From: Spirochaetota bacterium
Lineage (GTDB): Bacteria > Spirochaetota > UBA4802 > UBA5550
Direction of reading: 5' to 3'
Length of the DNA stretch: 64,000 nt
Assembly: GCA_040768125.1 (NCBI GenBank)
Contig: JAXGNG010000001.1
Coordinates: 118,460 to 182,459, forward strand
How positions within the stretch are numbered: position 1 is the stretch's first letter; the number at the start of each line of letters is the position of its first letter. The notes beneath the pieces were generated by a model. That model was not told where the DNA came from and searched no databases. It saw nothing but the letters and a program-made list of their open reading frames with translations. The translations under genes and the position numbers were made by a program. Positions 31,362 to 42,013 of this stretch are shown piece after piece.

Positions 31362-32639
31362 ATGGAACCGTATAACATAGACTGGGCGCTGGTGATTTCA
31401 ATGGCCGTGCTTGCGATAGCCGCTATACTGATTTATCTTAAGGTGAACCTGAAAATTTGTGAACCGAATGAAATATTGATATTTTCAGGTAAAAAGAGAA
31501 AGCTGAAAACAGGCGAAAAGGTGGGGTACCGTGTTATCCGCGGGGGCGTGGGGCTCAGGACGCCGATCGTGGAGAGGGTATCGCGCCTTTCCCTCTCCAC
31601 GATATCAATAGGAATTGAGATCGAAGACGCGTTGAGCAACGGGATGATACCCCTTTCCCTCGCGGCGATTGCCCATGTCAAAATTGCCTCGCGCGAAGGC
31701 AACGGCCTTGAAAATGCAGTGGAGCGTCTTCTGGGAAAACCGGCAATGGAGATCGAGCACATCGCGAAATCAACGATTGAGGGTATTCTCCGGGGGGTCC
31801 TCGCGACCTACACGCCGGAGGAGGCGAACTACAGGCGTATAGATTTTGAGTCCACGGTACATGAAAAGGCGAGGGAAGAACTGAAGAAGCTCGGGTTCGA
31901 CCTTGATTCGATCAAGATCGAGGAGCTGAAGGATTCCCAGGGATATCTCGAAGCCGTGGGAAGGCAGCGAAACGCCATGGTTCAGCGCGATGCGAGGATC
32001 AAGGAAGCGGAATCGGAAGCAGAGGCAAAAATTGTTGAAGCCACCTCCCGGAAAAAGGCGGCGGATATGGAGTTCCAGGCCAGGATAGCGATCGAGGAAT
32101 TTGAATCAAGTTTCAGGGACCGCAGGGCGGAGTTGAACGAAAAGACCTACAAGATGGAAGCGATGGCGGAATGGTCTCGAAAGATTGAGGACCTGAGACA
32201 GCAGGATACCCTGGAGGAAATCAGGAACAGCGTCAATACAAAGAAGTACAAGGCCGAGGTGATCGTACCCGCTGAGGCGGAAAGGGCGGCGAGTGAGCTC
32301 CAGGCGATCGGCAAGGCGTCGTACCTGAAGGAACAGGGGATGGCGATGGCCGATGCGGTTAAGAAAATGCGCGCCGAGTGGGAAAATGGCGGGAGCAAGG
32401 AGCTCTTCATGTTGCACATACTGCCAAACATCGTGGATAGCGTGTCCAGGGTAATAGGGGACAATCTTAAAGTGGACAAGCTTGTGGTCATGGGCAACGG
32501 CGGAATCCCGAGCCACGTGGGAGACGTTACCTCCAGCGTTGTGACGTTTCTCGAGCAAATCAAGTCAGCCACAGGCGTTGATTTGACAAAGATTGTTAGG
32601 GACCAGAAGTCTCTTCCGATAGGCAAGGAACTGGAGTAG
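31362..32639 (+). CDS. SPFH-domain / flotillin-like protein
   Basis: N-terminal TM, an SPFH core, and a long Ala/Glu-rich coiled-coil (EAESEAEAKIVEATSRKKAADMEFQARIAIEE...). 425 aa. Confidence 0.75.
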   Translation: MEPYNIDWALVISMAVLAIAAILIYLKVNLKICEPNEILIFSGKKRKLKTGEKVGYRVIRGGVGLRTPIVERVSRLSLSTISIGIEIEDALSNGMIPLSLAAIAHVKIASREGNGLENAVERLLGKPAMEIEHIAKSTIEGILRGVLATYTPEEANYRRIDFESTVHEKAREELKKLGFDLDSIKIEELKDSQGYLEAVGRQRNAMVQRDARIKEAESEAEAKIVEATSRKKAADMEFQARIAIEEFESSFRDRRAELNEKTYKMEAMAEWSRKIEDLRQQDTLEEIRNSVNTKKYKAEVIVPAEAERAASELQAIGKASYLKEQGMAMADAVKKMRAEWENGGSKELFMLHILPNIVDSVSRVIGDNLKVDKLVVMGNGGIPSHVGDVTSSVVTFLEQIKSATGVDLTKIVRDQKSLPIGKELE

Positions 32640-32649
32640 GAGGACGGTC

Positions 32650-34113
32650 ATGGAAGCCGTGTTCGATGAGATATACACGATTAACGGGAACAGCGAGTAC
32701 ACCTCAATAAGCGAGATACTCCGCATTATAAAGGAGAAACACATCGAGTTTCTTGACCTGAAGTTCGCTGATCCTTTCGGCCGCCTTCATCACTATACCA
32801 TCACGGCGGACCGGGCAGATGAGGAGCTCTTCTCCGTGGGCACGGGCTTTGATGGGTCGTCAATTCGCGGGTTTCAGCATATCCATGAAAGCGACATGTT
32901 GATGCGTCCCGATCCGAGCACGGGGTTCATGGATCCATTTTTCGATCATCGCACTCTCAGTTTCATGTGCGATATCATTGATCCCGTGGGAAGGTCCCGT
33001 TACGCGAAGGACCCGAGATATATCGCCCAGAAATCCGTGGAATACCTGAAGTCAACAGGAGTCGCCGACACGGTCTACATCGGGCCGGAGCCGGAATTTT
33101 TTATCTTCGACAAGGTTCGCTACGAACAGACGAATAACCGCGGCTTTTACGAGGTGGACTCGGATGAGGCATCATGGAACTCAGGCAAGGAAGACGATAA
33201 CCTGGGGTATAAAATTCCACTGAAGCAGGGGTACTTCCCCACTTCGCCGCATGATCAGCTCCACAACCTGAGAAGCAAAATGGTCGAGGTGCTGAGAAGC
33301 TGCGGGATCCCCGTGGACCTGCACCATCATGAAGTTGCCACGGCGGGTCAGACAGAGATAGGGCTCAAGGTGGCAGACCTGGTAAAACAGGCGGACACAC
33401 TCGTCAATTTCAAATACATCATCAAGAACGTGGCGCATCGTTACAAGAAAACGGTCACGTTCATGCCGAAGCCCATCTTCATGGATAACGGATCGGGCAT
33501 GCACATACACGTGAGCCTCTGGCGGGAGGGAAGGAATGCATTTTATGATTTCGGGAAGTATGCTGATCTCTCTGACTATGCGCGATACTTCATCGGCGGA
33601 CTCTTCGCGCATATCGAGGCGGTTCTCGCTTTTTCCGCTCCGATCACCAACTCATACAGGAGGCTGGTGCCGGGATATGAGGCACCGATAAACCTGGTAT
33701 ATTCCGCAAGGAATAGGTCGGCTGCGGTAAGGATCCCGATGTACAGTGAAAGTGAAAAAGCCAAGCGAATCGAGTTTCGGTGCCCCGATCCGTCCTGCAA
33801 TCCCTACCTTGCCTTCGCGGCGATAGTGATGGCGGGAATCGACGGTATTGAAAGGCGTATCGACCCGCCGGATCCGATCGATAAGGACATATACGAGCTT
33901 TCGGATGAGGCGAAAGCCAAGATCCGCTCGACACCGGGCAGCCTTAACGAAGCCATAGACGGGCTTGAGCGAGACCATGACTTTCTACTGAAGGGAGGGG
34001 TCTTTTCAGGTGACTTGATCCGGAGCTACATCGATCTGAAACGGCGCAATGAAATTGACCAGGTTGCCCTTCGGCCTCATCCCTGGGAATACTCTCTCTA
34101 CTATGAGATATAA
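32650..34113 (+). CDS. glnA: glutamine synthetase type I
   Basis: N-terminal beta-grasp domain (LDLKFADPFGRLHHYTI), catalytic-domain motifs (GPEPEFFIFD, MPKPIFMDNGSGMHIHVSLW, NSYRRLVPGYEAP, VRIP), and an adenylylation-loop-like Tyr (DKDIYELS). 487 aa. Confidence 0.9.
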   Translation: MEAVFDEIYTINGNSEYTSISEILRIIKEKHIEFLDLKFADPFGRLHHYTITADRADEELFSVGTGFDGSSIRGFQHIHESDMLMRPDPSTGFMDPFFDHRTLSFMCDIIDPVGRSRYAKDPRYIAQKSVEYLKSTGVADTVYIGPEPEFFIFDKVRYEQTNNRGFYEVDSDEASWNSGKEDDNLGYKIPLKQGYFPTSPHDQLHNLRSKMVEVLRSCGIPVDLHHHEVATAGQTEIGLKVADLVKQADTLVNFKYIIKNVAHRYKKTVTFMPKPIFMDNGSGMHIHVSLWREGRNAFYDFGKYADLSDYARYFIGGLFAHIEAVLAFSAPITNSYRRLVPGYEAPINLVYSARNRSAAVRIPMYSESEKAKRIEFRCPDPSCNPYLAFAAIVMAGIDGIERRIDPPDPIDKDIYELSDEAKAKIRSTPGSLNEAIDGLERDHDFLLKGGVFSGDLIRSYIDLKRRNEIDQVALRPHPWEYSLYYEI

Positions 34114-34124
34114 GGAGATAGGCG

Positions 34125-35567
34125 ATGAATCTAAATAACATAATTAGGTTGATGCTGATAATGATTGCGTTGACCGCTTCATCGGCGTTCGCCGCGGACG
34201 CGGTCGTGGCGGCTGCAGCGGAAACGACGGGAACCACCATGGAGAGTCTCTCCGTCATGCTTCAGAACAGCCAGGTGGCGGCTGATACGATTTGGGTCCT
34301 CCTCGCGGCATTTCTGGTGTTTCTCATGCATCTCGGGTTCGGCATGGTGGAATCGGGACTTCAGCCCGCTAAGAACTCGGTGAACGTATCGGCGAAAAAT
34401 TTCATCGTCCTCGCCATTTCCTCCATCGCGTTCTGGTTCATGGGATGGGGACTCATGTTCGGCGACGGCAACGGGTTCATGGGATACACGGGCGTCTGGA
34501 TGCTGGGAGGGGCGGATAACAGCCCCGCAACCGGTGAGGCGTATATGGGCGTGTATTCTGCCATGAACTGGACGGGAGTGCCGCTCTTTGCGAAGTTCTT
34601 TTTCCAGATGGTCTTCTGCGCCACCGCCGCGACGATAGTATCCGGCGCCGTGGGGGGAAGGATCAAGTTCATATCGTTCATAATTTTTTCATTTATCCTT
34701 ACCGGGGTCATATATCCGATCGCGGGTCACTGGATCTGGGGAGGAGGATGGCTCGCGGAGCGGGGATTCTGGGATTTCGCGGGATCGACAGTGGTGCATT
34801 CCATCGGGGGGTGGGCTGCCCTTGCCGGAGTACTTGTCCTTGGCCCACGCCTGGGTAAGTACAACGAGGATGGCAGCGCGAATCCGATACCAGGCCACAG
34901 CATGACCCTCGCAACCCTCGGAGTGTTCGTGCTCTGGTTTGGATGGTTCGGCTTCAATCCCGGTTCGACCATGGCGGCAAACGTGGACGACATCGGGAGA
35001 ATCGCGGTTACCACAACAATGGCGGCAGCGGCCGGTGCCATCACGGCGACGATTTCTGCCTGGATTGCCATGGGGAAGCCCGACCTTTCCATGATGCTTA
35101 ACGGCGCCCTTGCCGGCCTTGTCGCCGTTACGGCACCCTGCGCCTGGGTGACACCCGGGGCGTCGTTGATTATCGGCGGAATCGGCGGCGTTCTTGTGGT
35201 GCTTTTCGTCATCTTTTTTGACCGTTGGGGGATTGACGATCCCGTGGGGGCCCTTTCAGTTCACCTGATTAACGGCATATGGGGCACCCTGGCAGTTGGG
35301 CTCTTCGCGGCGGCACCATACGCGGGGGGCGATGGTCAGCCTCCCCTGGGACTTTTCTACGGAGGGGGTATCGGTTCCTTTGCCAACCAGCTCGTGGGGA
35401 CGGTGGCTGTGGGCGCATTTGTATTTATCGTCAGCTGGATCATCTGGATTATTGTCAATGCAACCATGGGAATTCGGGTTACGCGTGAAGAAGAATTACG
35501 AGGACTGGACATATCTGAGCACGGCATGGAGGGATACCCGGATTTTGAGTCATACACCTTAAAATAG
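34125..35567 (+). CDS. amt: ammonium transporter (Amt family) with a signal peptide
   Basis: A cleavable signal (ALTASSAFAADA) precedes 11 TM segments. Conserved Amt residues include FAAAPYAGG...GLFYGGGIGSFANQLVG and the twin-His region. Confidence 0.9.
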   Translation: MNLNNIIRLMLIMIALTASSAFAADAVVAAAAETTGTTMESLSVMLQNSQVAADTIWVLLAAFLVFLMHLGFGMVESGLQPAKNSVNVSAKNFIVLAISSIAFWFMGWGLMFGDGNGFMGYTGVWMLGGADNSPATGEAYMGVYSAMNWTGVPLFAKFFFQMVFCATAATIVSGAVGGRIKFISFIIFSFILTGVIYPIAGHWIWGGGWLAERGFWDFAGSTVVHSIGGWAALAGVLVLGPRLGKYNEDGSANPIPGHSMTLATLGVFVLWFGWFGFNPGSTMAANVDDIGRIAVTTTMAAAAGAITATISAWIAMGKPDLSMMLNGALAGLVAVTAPCAWVTPGASLIIGGIGGVLVVLFVIFFDRWGIDDPVGALSVHLINGIWGTLAVGLFAAAPYAGGDGQPPLGLFYGGGIGSFANQLVGTVAVGAFVFIVSWIIWIIVNATMGIRVTREEELRGLDISEHGMEGYPDFESYTLK

Positions 35568-35596
35568 TGCACATCGCGGGGATTTGAAAGTGCCGG

Positions 35597-35639
35597 GAGT
35601 ATGGTCCATGATACAGGAAAGGGCCATACTCTTTTTTTA
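35597..35639 (+). terminator. intrinsic terminator after amt
   Basis: GAGTATGG(T)CC-loop-GGCCATACTC followed by TTTTTTTAC. Confidence 0.6.
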
Positions 35640-35702
35640 CTAGACGATTTTTTAATATCCATGCCCATAAACCTTGCATAAAATTGTACTTTACCCTCAC
35701 CT

Positions 35703-37646
35703 TTGGTCTGTAATAGTGTGGTGTGCCTCAGGCAGACGGAAATGAAATTGAAGAGAATTCTCAGGCTTTTACCACCCATTCCCCTCGGGTATACCGTTAC
35801 CATCTATTTTGTGTTTTTCGGTATTTTCATTGGATATCTTTCTTTCCTGATTATCACAATTAGTGCGGCACGTTCAAATACTGAAATGGCGTACAGGACG
35901 ATCATTCCAATCATTAAGGAAATAACGGGAACAAAAGGAGAGGATTTCATAACTGATCTTGTCAATACGAAAAACCAGGAATTTATCAGGCTCAATAATG
36001 CGATACAAAGATCGACTTCAACATTTGGAAAAATCGCGTATTCGATTTATTTTCACGAGAAAGGTGATGTGGATTGGAAAAAGCTCTATCTTGATAAGGA
36101 TGAAATATTCAGGGAAGAGGGGGCGAGTGAAAGCGAGAAGCTTTTACTGGATAAAGCCCGCGCGAGAAGGTTTCATCATTCATATAGGATATTCTTCGAC
36201 AAAAGCGACCGCGTGGCGCTCTACATGCTGCTTCCGCTGAAAAATGCCAGGAATACATATGTACTTTCCATTGAAATTGATAGAGAAGGATTGCTGCTTT
36301 TCATTCAAAAGAATGTAAATCGATTTCTGGTGTTCGGCGGGATGCTGCTTGTTGTGTCAGTGATACTGGGCCAGCTTTTCTCGCACAGGATCGCGGGGCC
36401 GATACAGAAACTGTCGGCTGCCGCTCAGGCACGATCAGGCGGGAATCGTGAACAGGACTTTGTCCTCAGCAGACGCGATGAAATTGGCGTGCTGGCGGAT
36501 TCACTAAATGTCATGACGCGTGAGATCGACCGACATCTTCAAGAAGTGGATCGCCGGATGAAGACCATGGAAACCATGAACCAGATAGACAAAGTGGTTC
36601 TGTCTTCGATTTCACGTTCGGATCTCATGGAAAGAATTATCACGCTTGTTTCGTCGCTTTTCGGAAGTGGATTCACGGCCCTTCTTCTTCTTGATTCCGA
36701 ACGCAACGGTTTTGAACTTCTTTCAAGCCATGGTACCGCAAATGAAGGAATATTAACCGGGGGACCTCTTATCTCGGGAGATGCCATTGGCAGTGGAAGG
36801 ATCGCGGACCTGAGAAGCCATTTACAGATAGATCCCGGTGAAACAAGCCAGGGAATCCTCCCGTTTTTTGAGTCGCTTTCTGGTTCCAGGGGATGCGGTT
36901 GGGTGAATATCCCGGTCGTTATTTCAGATACCTATATCGGATCCCTCGTTCTCTCGAGGAGCGGCAGGCGGGCTTCCTTTTCAGAAGAAGAAGTGGAATC
37001 AGCGAAGATGCTTGGCGACCAGGTCGGGATAGCCCTGCAGAGTCTCAGGGCATTCGAGGAAAAAGAACGCCTTCTCCTCGGAATCCTTCTCGCCCTCACA
37101 CGTACGATAGACGCCAAGTCAAAATGGACAGCGGGGCACAGCGAACGGGTGGCAATGTACTCGGAAAGGATCGGTGTTCGTCTTGGGCTGAACGAAGAGG
37201 AAATGCGAACCCTTTCATTTTCAGCTATTCTTCATGATATCGGAAAAATCGGCATATCGGAGCGCATCCTTGACAAGCCGGGGAAGCTCTCCGATGAAGA
37301 GTATACGATCATAAAAGAGCATCCGGCAACGGGAGCGCGCATCATTTCTGATATACCGTCATATGAGTCGATTCTTCCTGGAATCCTATATCATCACGAA
37401 CACTGGGACGGAAGCGGTTATCCCGATGGTCTGGAAGGTGAGGAAATCCCCCTTACCAGCAGGATCATTACCGTTGCGGATGTCTTTGATGCGATTACCG
37501 CGGATCGGCCGTACAGGAATGGATTGATGGGAAATGAGGCGTTGGATTTCATGAAACGGCAGAAGGGAGCGCTCCTGGACTCTAATATTGTACGGGTGTT
37601 TCTGGAGATTATACAAGAAGAGGAACTAATACAATGCCGGCGATGA
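35703..37646 (+). CDS. membrane sensor with HAMP, GAF and HD-GYP (c-di-GMP phosphodiesterase) domains
   Basis: Two TM segments flank a periplasmic region. HAMP region ([13 protein letters not shown]). GAF region (about aa 290-450). HD-GYP motifs HDIGKIGI...[11 protein letters not shown]. The likely start is MKLKRIL at 35742. Confidence 0.8.
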   Translation: MVCNSVVCLRQTEMKLKRILRLLPPIPLGYTVTIYFVFFGIFIGYLSFLIITISAARSNTEMAYRTIIPIIKEITGTKGEDFITDLVNTKNQEFIRLNNAIQRSTSTFGKIAYSIYFHEKGDVDWKKLYLDKDEIFREEGASESEKLLLDKARARRFHHSYRIFFDKSDRVALYMLLPLKNARNTYVLSIEIDREGLLLFIQKNVNRFLVFGGMLLVVSVILGQLFSHRIAGPIQKLSAAAQARSGGNREQDFVLSRRDEIGVLADSLNVMTREIDRHLQEVDRRMKTMETMNQIDKVVLSSISRSDLMERIITLVSSLFGSGFTALLLLDSERNGFELLSSHGTANEGILTGGPLISGDAIGSGRIADLRSHLQIDPGETSQGILPFFESLSGSRGCGWVNIPVVISDTYIGSLVLSRSGRRASFSEEEVESAKMLGDQVGIALQSLRAFEEKERLLLGILLALTRTIDAKSKWTAGHSERVAMYSERIGVRLGLNEEEMRTLSFSAILHDIGKIGISERILDKPGKLSDEEYTIIKEHPATGARIISDIPSYESILPGILYHHEHWDGSGYPDGLEGEEIPLTSRIITVADVFDAITADRPYRNGLMGNEALDFMKRQKGALLDSNIVRVFLEIIQEEELIQCRR

Positions 37647-39640
37647 AGGTGGTGTCAAGATTCAGGCCCTCCGGCGATCAGGAAGGAGCGATAAAGGGGC
37701 TAGTCGAGGGTGTGCGAAGCGGAGATAAATATCAGACTCTCCTCGGCGTTACCGGTTCGGGAAAGACCTACACCATGGCAAAGGTCATCGAGGCAGTTAA
37801 CAAGCCGGCACTGGTTCTCACACATAATAAAACACTGGCCGCCCAGCTATACAGGGAATTCTCGGAATTCTTCCCGGAAAACGCCGTGGAGTATTTCGTA
37901 TCGTACTATGATTATTATCAGCCGGAAGCGTATGTTGTTTCATCTGATCTCTATATCGAAAAGGACGCCTCGATAAACGATGAAATTGACCGGCTCAGGC
38001 TCAAGGCCACGTCGTCGATACTGGAACGAAATGATGTAATCGTGGTTTCATCTGTTTCATGTATTTACGGACTGGGAACGCCGGATGATTTTGAACGGTC
38101 CCATGTCAGGCTTCGTGTCGGTGATTCCCTTGATCGAGATGATCTGCTGCGACGCCTTGTTGCAATCCATTACGAGCGGACCGATACTTCATTCACGAGG
38201 GGGACTTTCAGGGCGCGTGGTGACACGGTAGATATATATCCCGCTTATCTTCAGAGAGAAGCATTCAGGGTTGATTTCTTCGGTGATCGCGTGGAAGCGA
38301 TATCGATGATTAATCCCGTTTCCGGCACCCCTGCGGGAGTCCAAAAAAGCTGCTATATATATCCCGCTAAGCATTTTGTTTCATCAATGGATGAAATGAA
38401 GAAAACAATAAGCCTCATCGAGGAGGAGCTTGAAGATCGTCTTCATGCACTGCGTTCCCAGAACAAGCTTGTCGAAGCGCAGCGCCTTGAGTCGCGAACG
38501 CGATACGATATGGAAATGCTTTCAGAGATGGGATACTGTAACGGTATCGAGAATTATTCACGCATTATTTCCCGACGAAAAAAGGGAGAAAGGCCAGCCT
38601 GCCTCCTGGATTATTTCAAGGGCAAGTACCTGATGCTCATTGATGAGTCGCACGTGACGATTCCCCAGGTAAGGGGAATGTATGAAGGCGACAGGGCGAG
38701 AAAGGAAAACCTTGTCGAGTATGGTTTCCGTCTTCCGTCTGCACTTGACAATAGACCGCTTTACTTCGAGGAATTTGAGAGGATGATCGACCAGGGAATT
38801 TTTGTTTCAGCCACGCCCGCCGAGTATGAAATGAAAAAAAGTTCCCGCGTAGTGGAGCAGGTTATCAGGCCCACTGGCCTTCTGGATCCGCATGTGGAAG
38901 TACGCCCGGCTGAGCATCAGGTCGATGACCTGATCGGGGAGATACACAAGAGGGCCGCGGCGAATGAAAGAGTGCTGGTTACGACCCTGACAAAAAAAAT
39001 GGCCGAAGATCTTGCCGACTATTTCGATGAAGTGGGAATCCGCGCCCGCTATCTCCATTCCGAGATCAATACGATAGAAAGGGTTGAAATAATCAGGGAT
39101 TTGAGGCGGGGAGACTTTGACTGTCTCATCGGCATCAACCTTCTGAGGGAAGGGCTTGACCTTCCCGAGGTATCACTGGTGGCGATTCTTGATGCGGACA
39201 AGGAAGGGTTCCTGCGATCGACACGGTCACTCATCCAGACGGCGGGACGTGCGGCGAGAAACATCAACGGGATGGTCATTTTATACGCGGAAACAATGAC
39301 CGAGTCAATAAAGAATACTCTTGATGAGACCAATCGACGCAGGAATATTCAAAGACGATACAATGAGGAGCATAATATCAGTCCGAAATCAATAAGCAAG
39401 GAGATCATGGACCTGATCGAACGCGAGTACCATGATGACAGTCGCTATGCCGGGATAGTGGCCGAATATGGCGCTGCGTATCGGACAAACAATGTTGCGA
39501 AGCTTGTTGAAACACGTGACCAGCTCCGGGTGGAAATGCTGAAGGCAGCCGAGGAGATGGAGTTTGAAAAGGCGGCGGTTCTCCGCGACCAGATGCGCGA
39601 TATCGAGCAGAAAATCACCCTTTTAAAAAAGGCGAGGTAG
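37634..39640 (+). CDS. uvrB: excinuclease ABC subunit B
   Basis: [11 protein letters not shown], Walker A GVTGSGKT, the beta-hairpin region, helicase motifs, and a C-terminal UvrC-interaction coiled-coil ([14 protein letters not shown]). It overlaps the HD-GYP gene by 13 nt. Confidence 0.95.
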   Translation: MPAMKVVSRFRPSGDQEGAIKGLVEGVRSGDKYQTLLGVTGSGKTYTMAKVIEAVNKPALVLTHNKTLAAQLYREFSEFFPENAVEYFVSYYDYYQPEAYVVSSDLYIEKDASINDEIDRLRLKATSSILERNDVIVVSSVSCIYGLGTPDDFERSHVRLRVGDSLDRDDLLRRLVAIHYERTDTSFTRGTFRARGDTVDIYPAYLQREAFRVDFFGDRVEAISMINPVSGTPAGVQKSCYIYPAKHFVSSMDEMKKTISLIEEELEDRLHALRSQNKLVEAQRLESRTRYDMEMLSEMGYCNGIENYSRIISRRKKGERPACLLDYFKGKYLMLIDESHVTIPQVRGMYEGDRARKENLVEYGFRLPSALDNRPLYFEEFERMIDQGIFVSATPAEYEMKKSSRVVEQVIRPTGLLDPHVEVRPAEHQVDDLIGEIHKRAAANERVLVTTLTKKMAEDLADYFDEVGIRARYLHSEINTIERVEIIRDLRRGDFDCLIGINLLREGLDLPEVSLVAILDADKEGFLRSTRSLIQTAGRAARNINGMVILYAETMTESIKNTLDETNRRRNIQRRYNEEHNISPKSISKEIMDLIEREYHDDSRYAGIVAEYGAAYRTNNVAKLVETRDQLRVEMLKAAEEMEFEKAAVLRDQMRDIEQKITLLKKAR

Positions 39641-39752
39641 AGAATTTTTCGCCCGGAGGTGTTTTTCGTTATTACAATAACAACTAATTGAGACAATGTA
39701 TGGTCAACTGGCCGAATGTACAAATTATGCCAATAATGGAGAAGAAAATCAT

Positions 39753-40598
39753 ATGAGCCTGAATATAGCGAAAAGAGACGTTGAATCGTTGATACGCATG
39801 GCACTGGATGAGGATATCAATGGGGGTGACATTACATCAGAGGCCATTTTTTCAGGACACGAATCATCGTCGGCTTCGATTATATCAAAAGGGCGTGGCA
39901 TCGCGTGTGGCGCGGAGATAGTAGTGTTTGTGTATGAAGTTCTAGACCCTGGTGTAAAAGTAACTTCACTCGTAAAAGACGGGATGAAAATCGGACCCGG
40001 CGAGGAGGTGTTGCGGCTTGAAGGACCGACAAGAAGTATCCTTTCCGGGGAGCGAACGGCATTGAATTTCATTCAGCGCATGAGCGGAATTTCCACGAAA
40101 ACCGCCGAGCTATGCGCGCTCCTCGAGGGAACCGGAATCACGCTCCTGGACACCAGGAAGACCATGCCGGGAATGCGAAAGCTCGATAAGTATGCTGTAA
40201 AAACAGGAGGCGGCGTTAATCACAGGATGGGGTTGTATGATATGGTCATGATAAAGGATAATCACATCAAGGTCGCCGGTAGCATCAAAAAGGCTGTCAT
40301 GATGGTAAGGGAAAAATACGGGACACGTTATACCGTGGAAGTGGAGGCTTCCACTATTGATGAGGTAGAAGAAGCCGCGGCATGCGGGGTGGATATTATC
40401 ATGCTGGATAACATGACGAACTCAATGATGCGTGATTCGGCTGAAACGATACGCAAGAGAGCGAGAATTGAAGTGTCAGGCTCCATCAACAAGGACAGGA
40501 TTGAAAAAATCAGAAACCTTCCCGTTGATTTTATTTCGATGGGCGCATTAACGCATTCGGTCACGGCATTCGACTTCTCAATGTCTTTTGCCTTCTGA
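39753..40598 (+). CDS. nadC: nicotinate-nucleotide pyrophosphorylase (carboxylating), quinolinate phosphoribosyltransferase
   Basis: LDTRKTMPGMR, KTGGGVNHRMGLYDMVMIKDNH, and VEVEASTIDEVEEA...IIMLDNM. The start is taken at MSLNIAK (39753). The ORF-track start at 39696 adds 19 aa. Confidence 0.85.
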   Translation: MSLNIAKRDVESLIRMALDEDINGGDITSEAIFSGHESSSASIISKGRGIACGAEIVVFVYEVLDPGVKVTSLVKDGMKIGPGEEVLRLEGPTRSILSGERTALNFIQRMSGISTKTAELCALLEGTGITLLDTRKTMPGMRKLDKYAVKTGGGVNHRMGLYDMVMIKDNHIKVAGSIKKAVMMVREKYGTRYTVEVEASTIDEVEEAAACGVDIIMLDNMTNSMMRDSAETIRKRARIEVSGSINKDRIEKIRNLPVDFISMGALTHSVTAFDFSMSFAF

Positions 40599-40648
40599 CC
40601 GTTCGACCATGTATGACGGGGTATGCTCGATCGAGTAGGAAAGCCTGA

Positions 40649-40933
40649 TCAGTCGCGACGATCGGTTAGCTTGCGATGATGTTCACAGAGGCGGTAAAGT
40701 TTGCCCGTGCTGGGATTCTTTTTCGTGACTTTCGTTCCGCACCTGATGCACAGTCCTTCCGCCCTTCGCTTGTTGTAGAGACGCATGTAACGCTCAGTAC
40801 CGGAAGACTTGTATTTGCTTATCTGAATCCTGATACCACGATAGAGATAATTCCCAATAGAGGCTTCGTCGCCTTTTTTCAACTTCCGGAAAATAACGTC
40901 AATGTCCCTGATTGTTACCTTCTTTGGATCCAT
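40649..40933 (-). CDS. small basic protein with a C-terminal CxxC...CxHH zinc-ribbon-like motif, unknown function
   Basis: 94 aa and Lys/Arg-rich. CIRCG...CEHH. It lies directly downstream of the M23 peptidase gene on the same strand. Confidence 0.4.
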   Translation of the reverse strand: MDPKKVTIRDIDVIFRKLKKGDEASIGNYLYRGIRIQISKYKSSGTERYMRLYNKRRAEGLCIRCGTKVTKKNPSTGKLYRLCEHHRKLTDRRD

Positions 40934-41002
40934 AGTACCTATCCAGATAGTAAGTGTTTACCTTGCGTTAGTCAATTAATTTCACAGGTAAAATCTTTTC
41001 AA

Positions 41003-41908
41003 TTAAAAATTTTTTTTATTTTTTGGAAGGTAGTTGAGAGGATTTTCTGGTTTTCCCTCATGATCTATCTGGAAATGGAGTTCCCTGTTGCCGGAGCTAA
41101 TTCTGCCGATTGGCGTGCCTTCATTGAGACGTTCTCCTTCCTTGACGTCGATTTCACCGAGGTTCGCGTACACGGTGGTGTATCGCTTCATGTGACCGAT
41201 GACGATATAATGACCGAAACCCCTCATGTGACCCACCTTTTTTACTATTCCCGCTGCGGATGAAAAAACCGGTGCACCAGGATTTCCGGTGATAATTATA
41301 CCAATTGGTTTTACGCCATCCAGGGCATCCTGCCTGCACCGTAGTATCGTTTGAACGGGCCATTTGAATCGAGGATGGCCTGAAGGATTTTTTTCCGCTG
41401 TTTTCTTTGTGGTCGATTGGTTTGAAAAACTGCCGCTGGGGATCACCAATCGGGCCCCGGCCTTCAATGAATTTGCATTTTTGATTTTATTCTGATTCAT
41501 AATTGCGGAAATGGTAACACCATATTTTTTCGCTATCCGGGTAAGCGTGTCTCCTTTGCGGACAATATGGGTAGTTTTCACGATCTTTTTTTTGGGAGGT
41601 ACTGGTGATCGTTTGATTTTCCTGGACGGAGCAACATTCCTGGAGGGAGTTTTCACGATTGCGGATCCGGAGCCACGGGAAAGCCTTTGTCGGGGGAGGA
41701 AATCTTCATATGAAGCCTGGTGGGAGAATCGATCAACTCGATCAGTAGTATAACGTTCCGCCCCATGACCGATGCCTCCCGAGTGGGACGCGAAAAGGCA
41801 CACGCCTGACACGAAAGCGGCCATGGCACACCGCGGCATAACATCCCTGTTGATCACGGCAAACATCCTTTTTTCCGTAACTGCCCCGGAAGGGCAGTTT
41901 GGGCCCAA
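41003..41908 (-). CDS. LysM domain + M23 family metallopeptidase (cell-wall hydrolase)
   Basis: LysM (HIVRKGDTLTRIAKKYGVTISAIMNQNKI...LKAGARLVIP). M23 motifs (GIIITG...GHYIVIGH, ELHFQI). Signal peptide after an internal Met, with the likely start at 41866 or 41839. Confidence 0.8.
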   Translation of the reverse strand: MGPNCPSGAVTEKRMFAVINRDVMPRCAMAAFVSGVCLFASHSGGIGHGAERYTTDRVDRFSHQASYEDFLPRQRLSRGSGSAIVKTPSRNVAPSRKIKRSPVPPKKKIVKTTHIVRKGDTLTRIAKKYGVTISAIMNQNKIKNANSLKAGARLVIPSGSFSNQSTTKKTAEKNPSGHPRFKWPVQTILRCRQDALDGVKPIGIIITGNPGAPVFSSAAGIVKKVGHMRGFGHYIVIGHMKRYTTVYANLGEIDVKEGERLNEGTPIGRISSGNRELHFQIDHEGKPENPLNYLPKNKKNF

Positions 41909-42013
41909 TGTTAATTTTCGGCATATAAACGGGGAAAATTTAGCATTTTTTTATTAGGCGTTTTTGGAAGTAGTACGGTAAAAAAAGTGCACTATTTGTA
42001 TCGGTGTAATTCG

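Noticed and set aside
32106-32626. Two about 150-aa minus-strand ORFs inside the flotillin gene
   Set aside because: They are antisense to a coiled-coil-encoding GC-rich region. This is a typical artefact.
34727-35212. 161-aa minus-strand ORF inside amt
   Set aside because: It is antisense to a conserved Amt transporter frame and its composition is Pro/Ala-rich.
40676-41263. 195-aa plus-strand ORF spanning the small Zn-ribbon gene and the M23 peptidase 3' end
   Set aside because: It is antisense to two better-supported genes and has no motifs.
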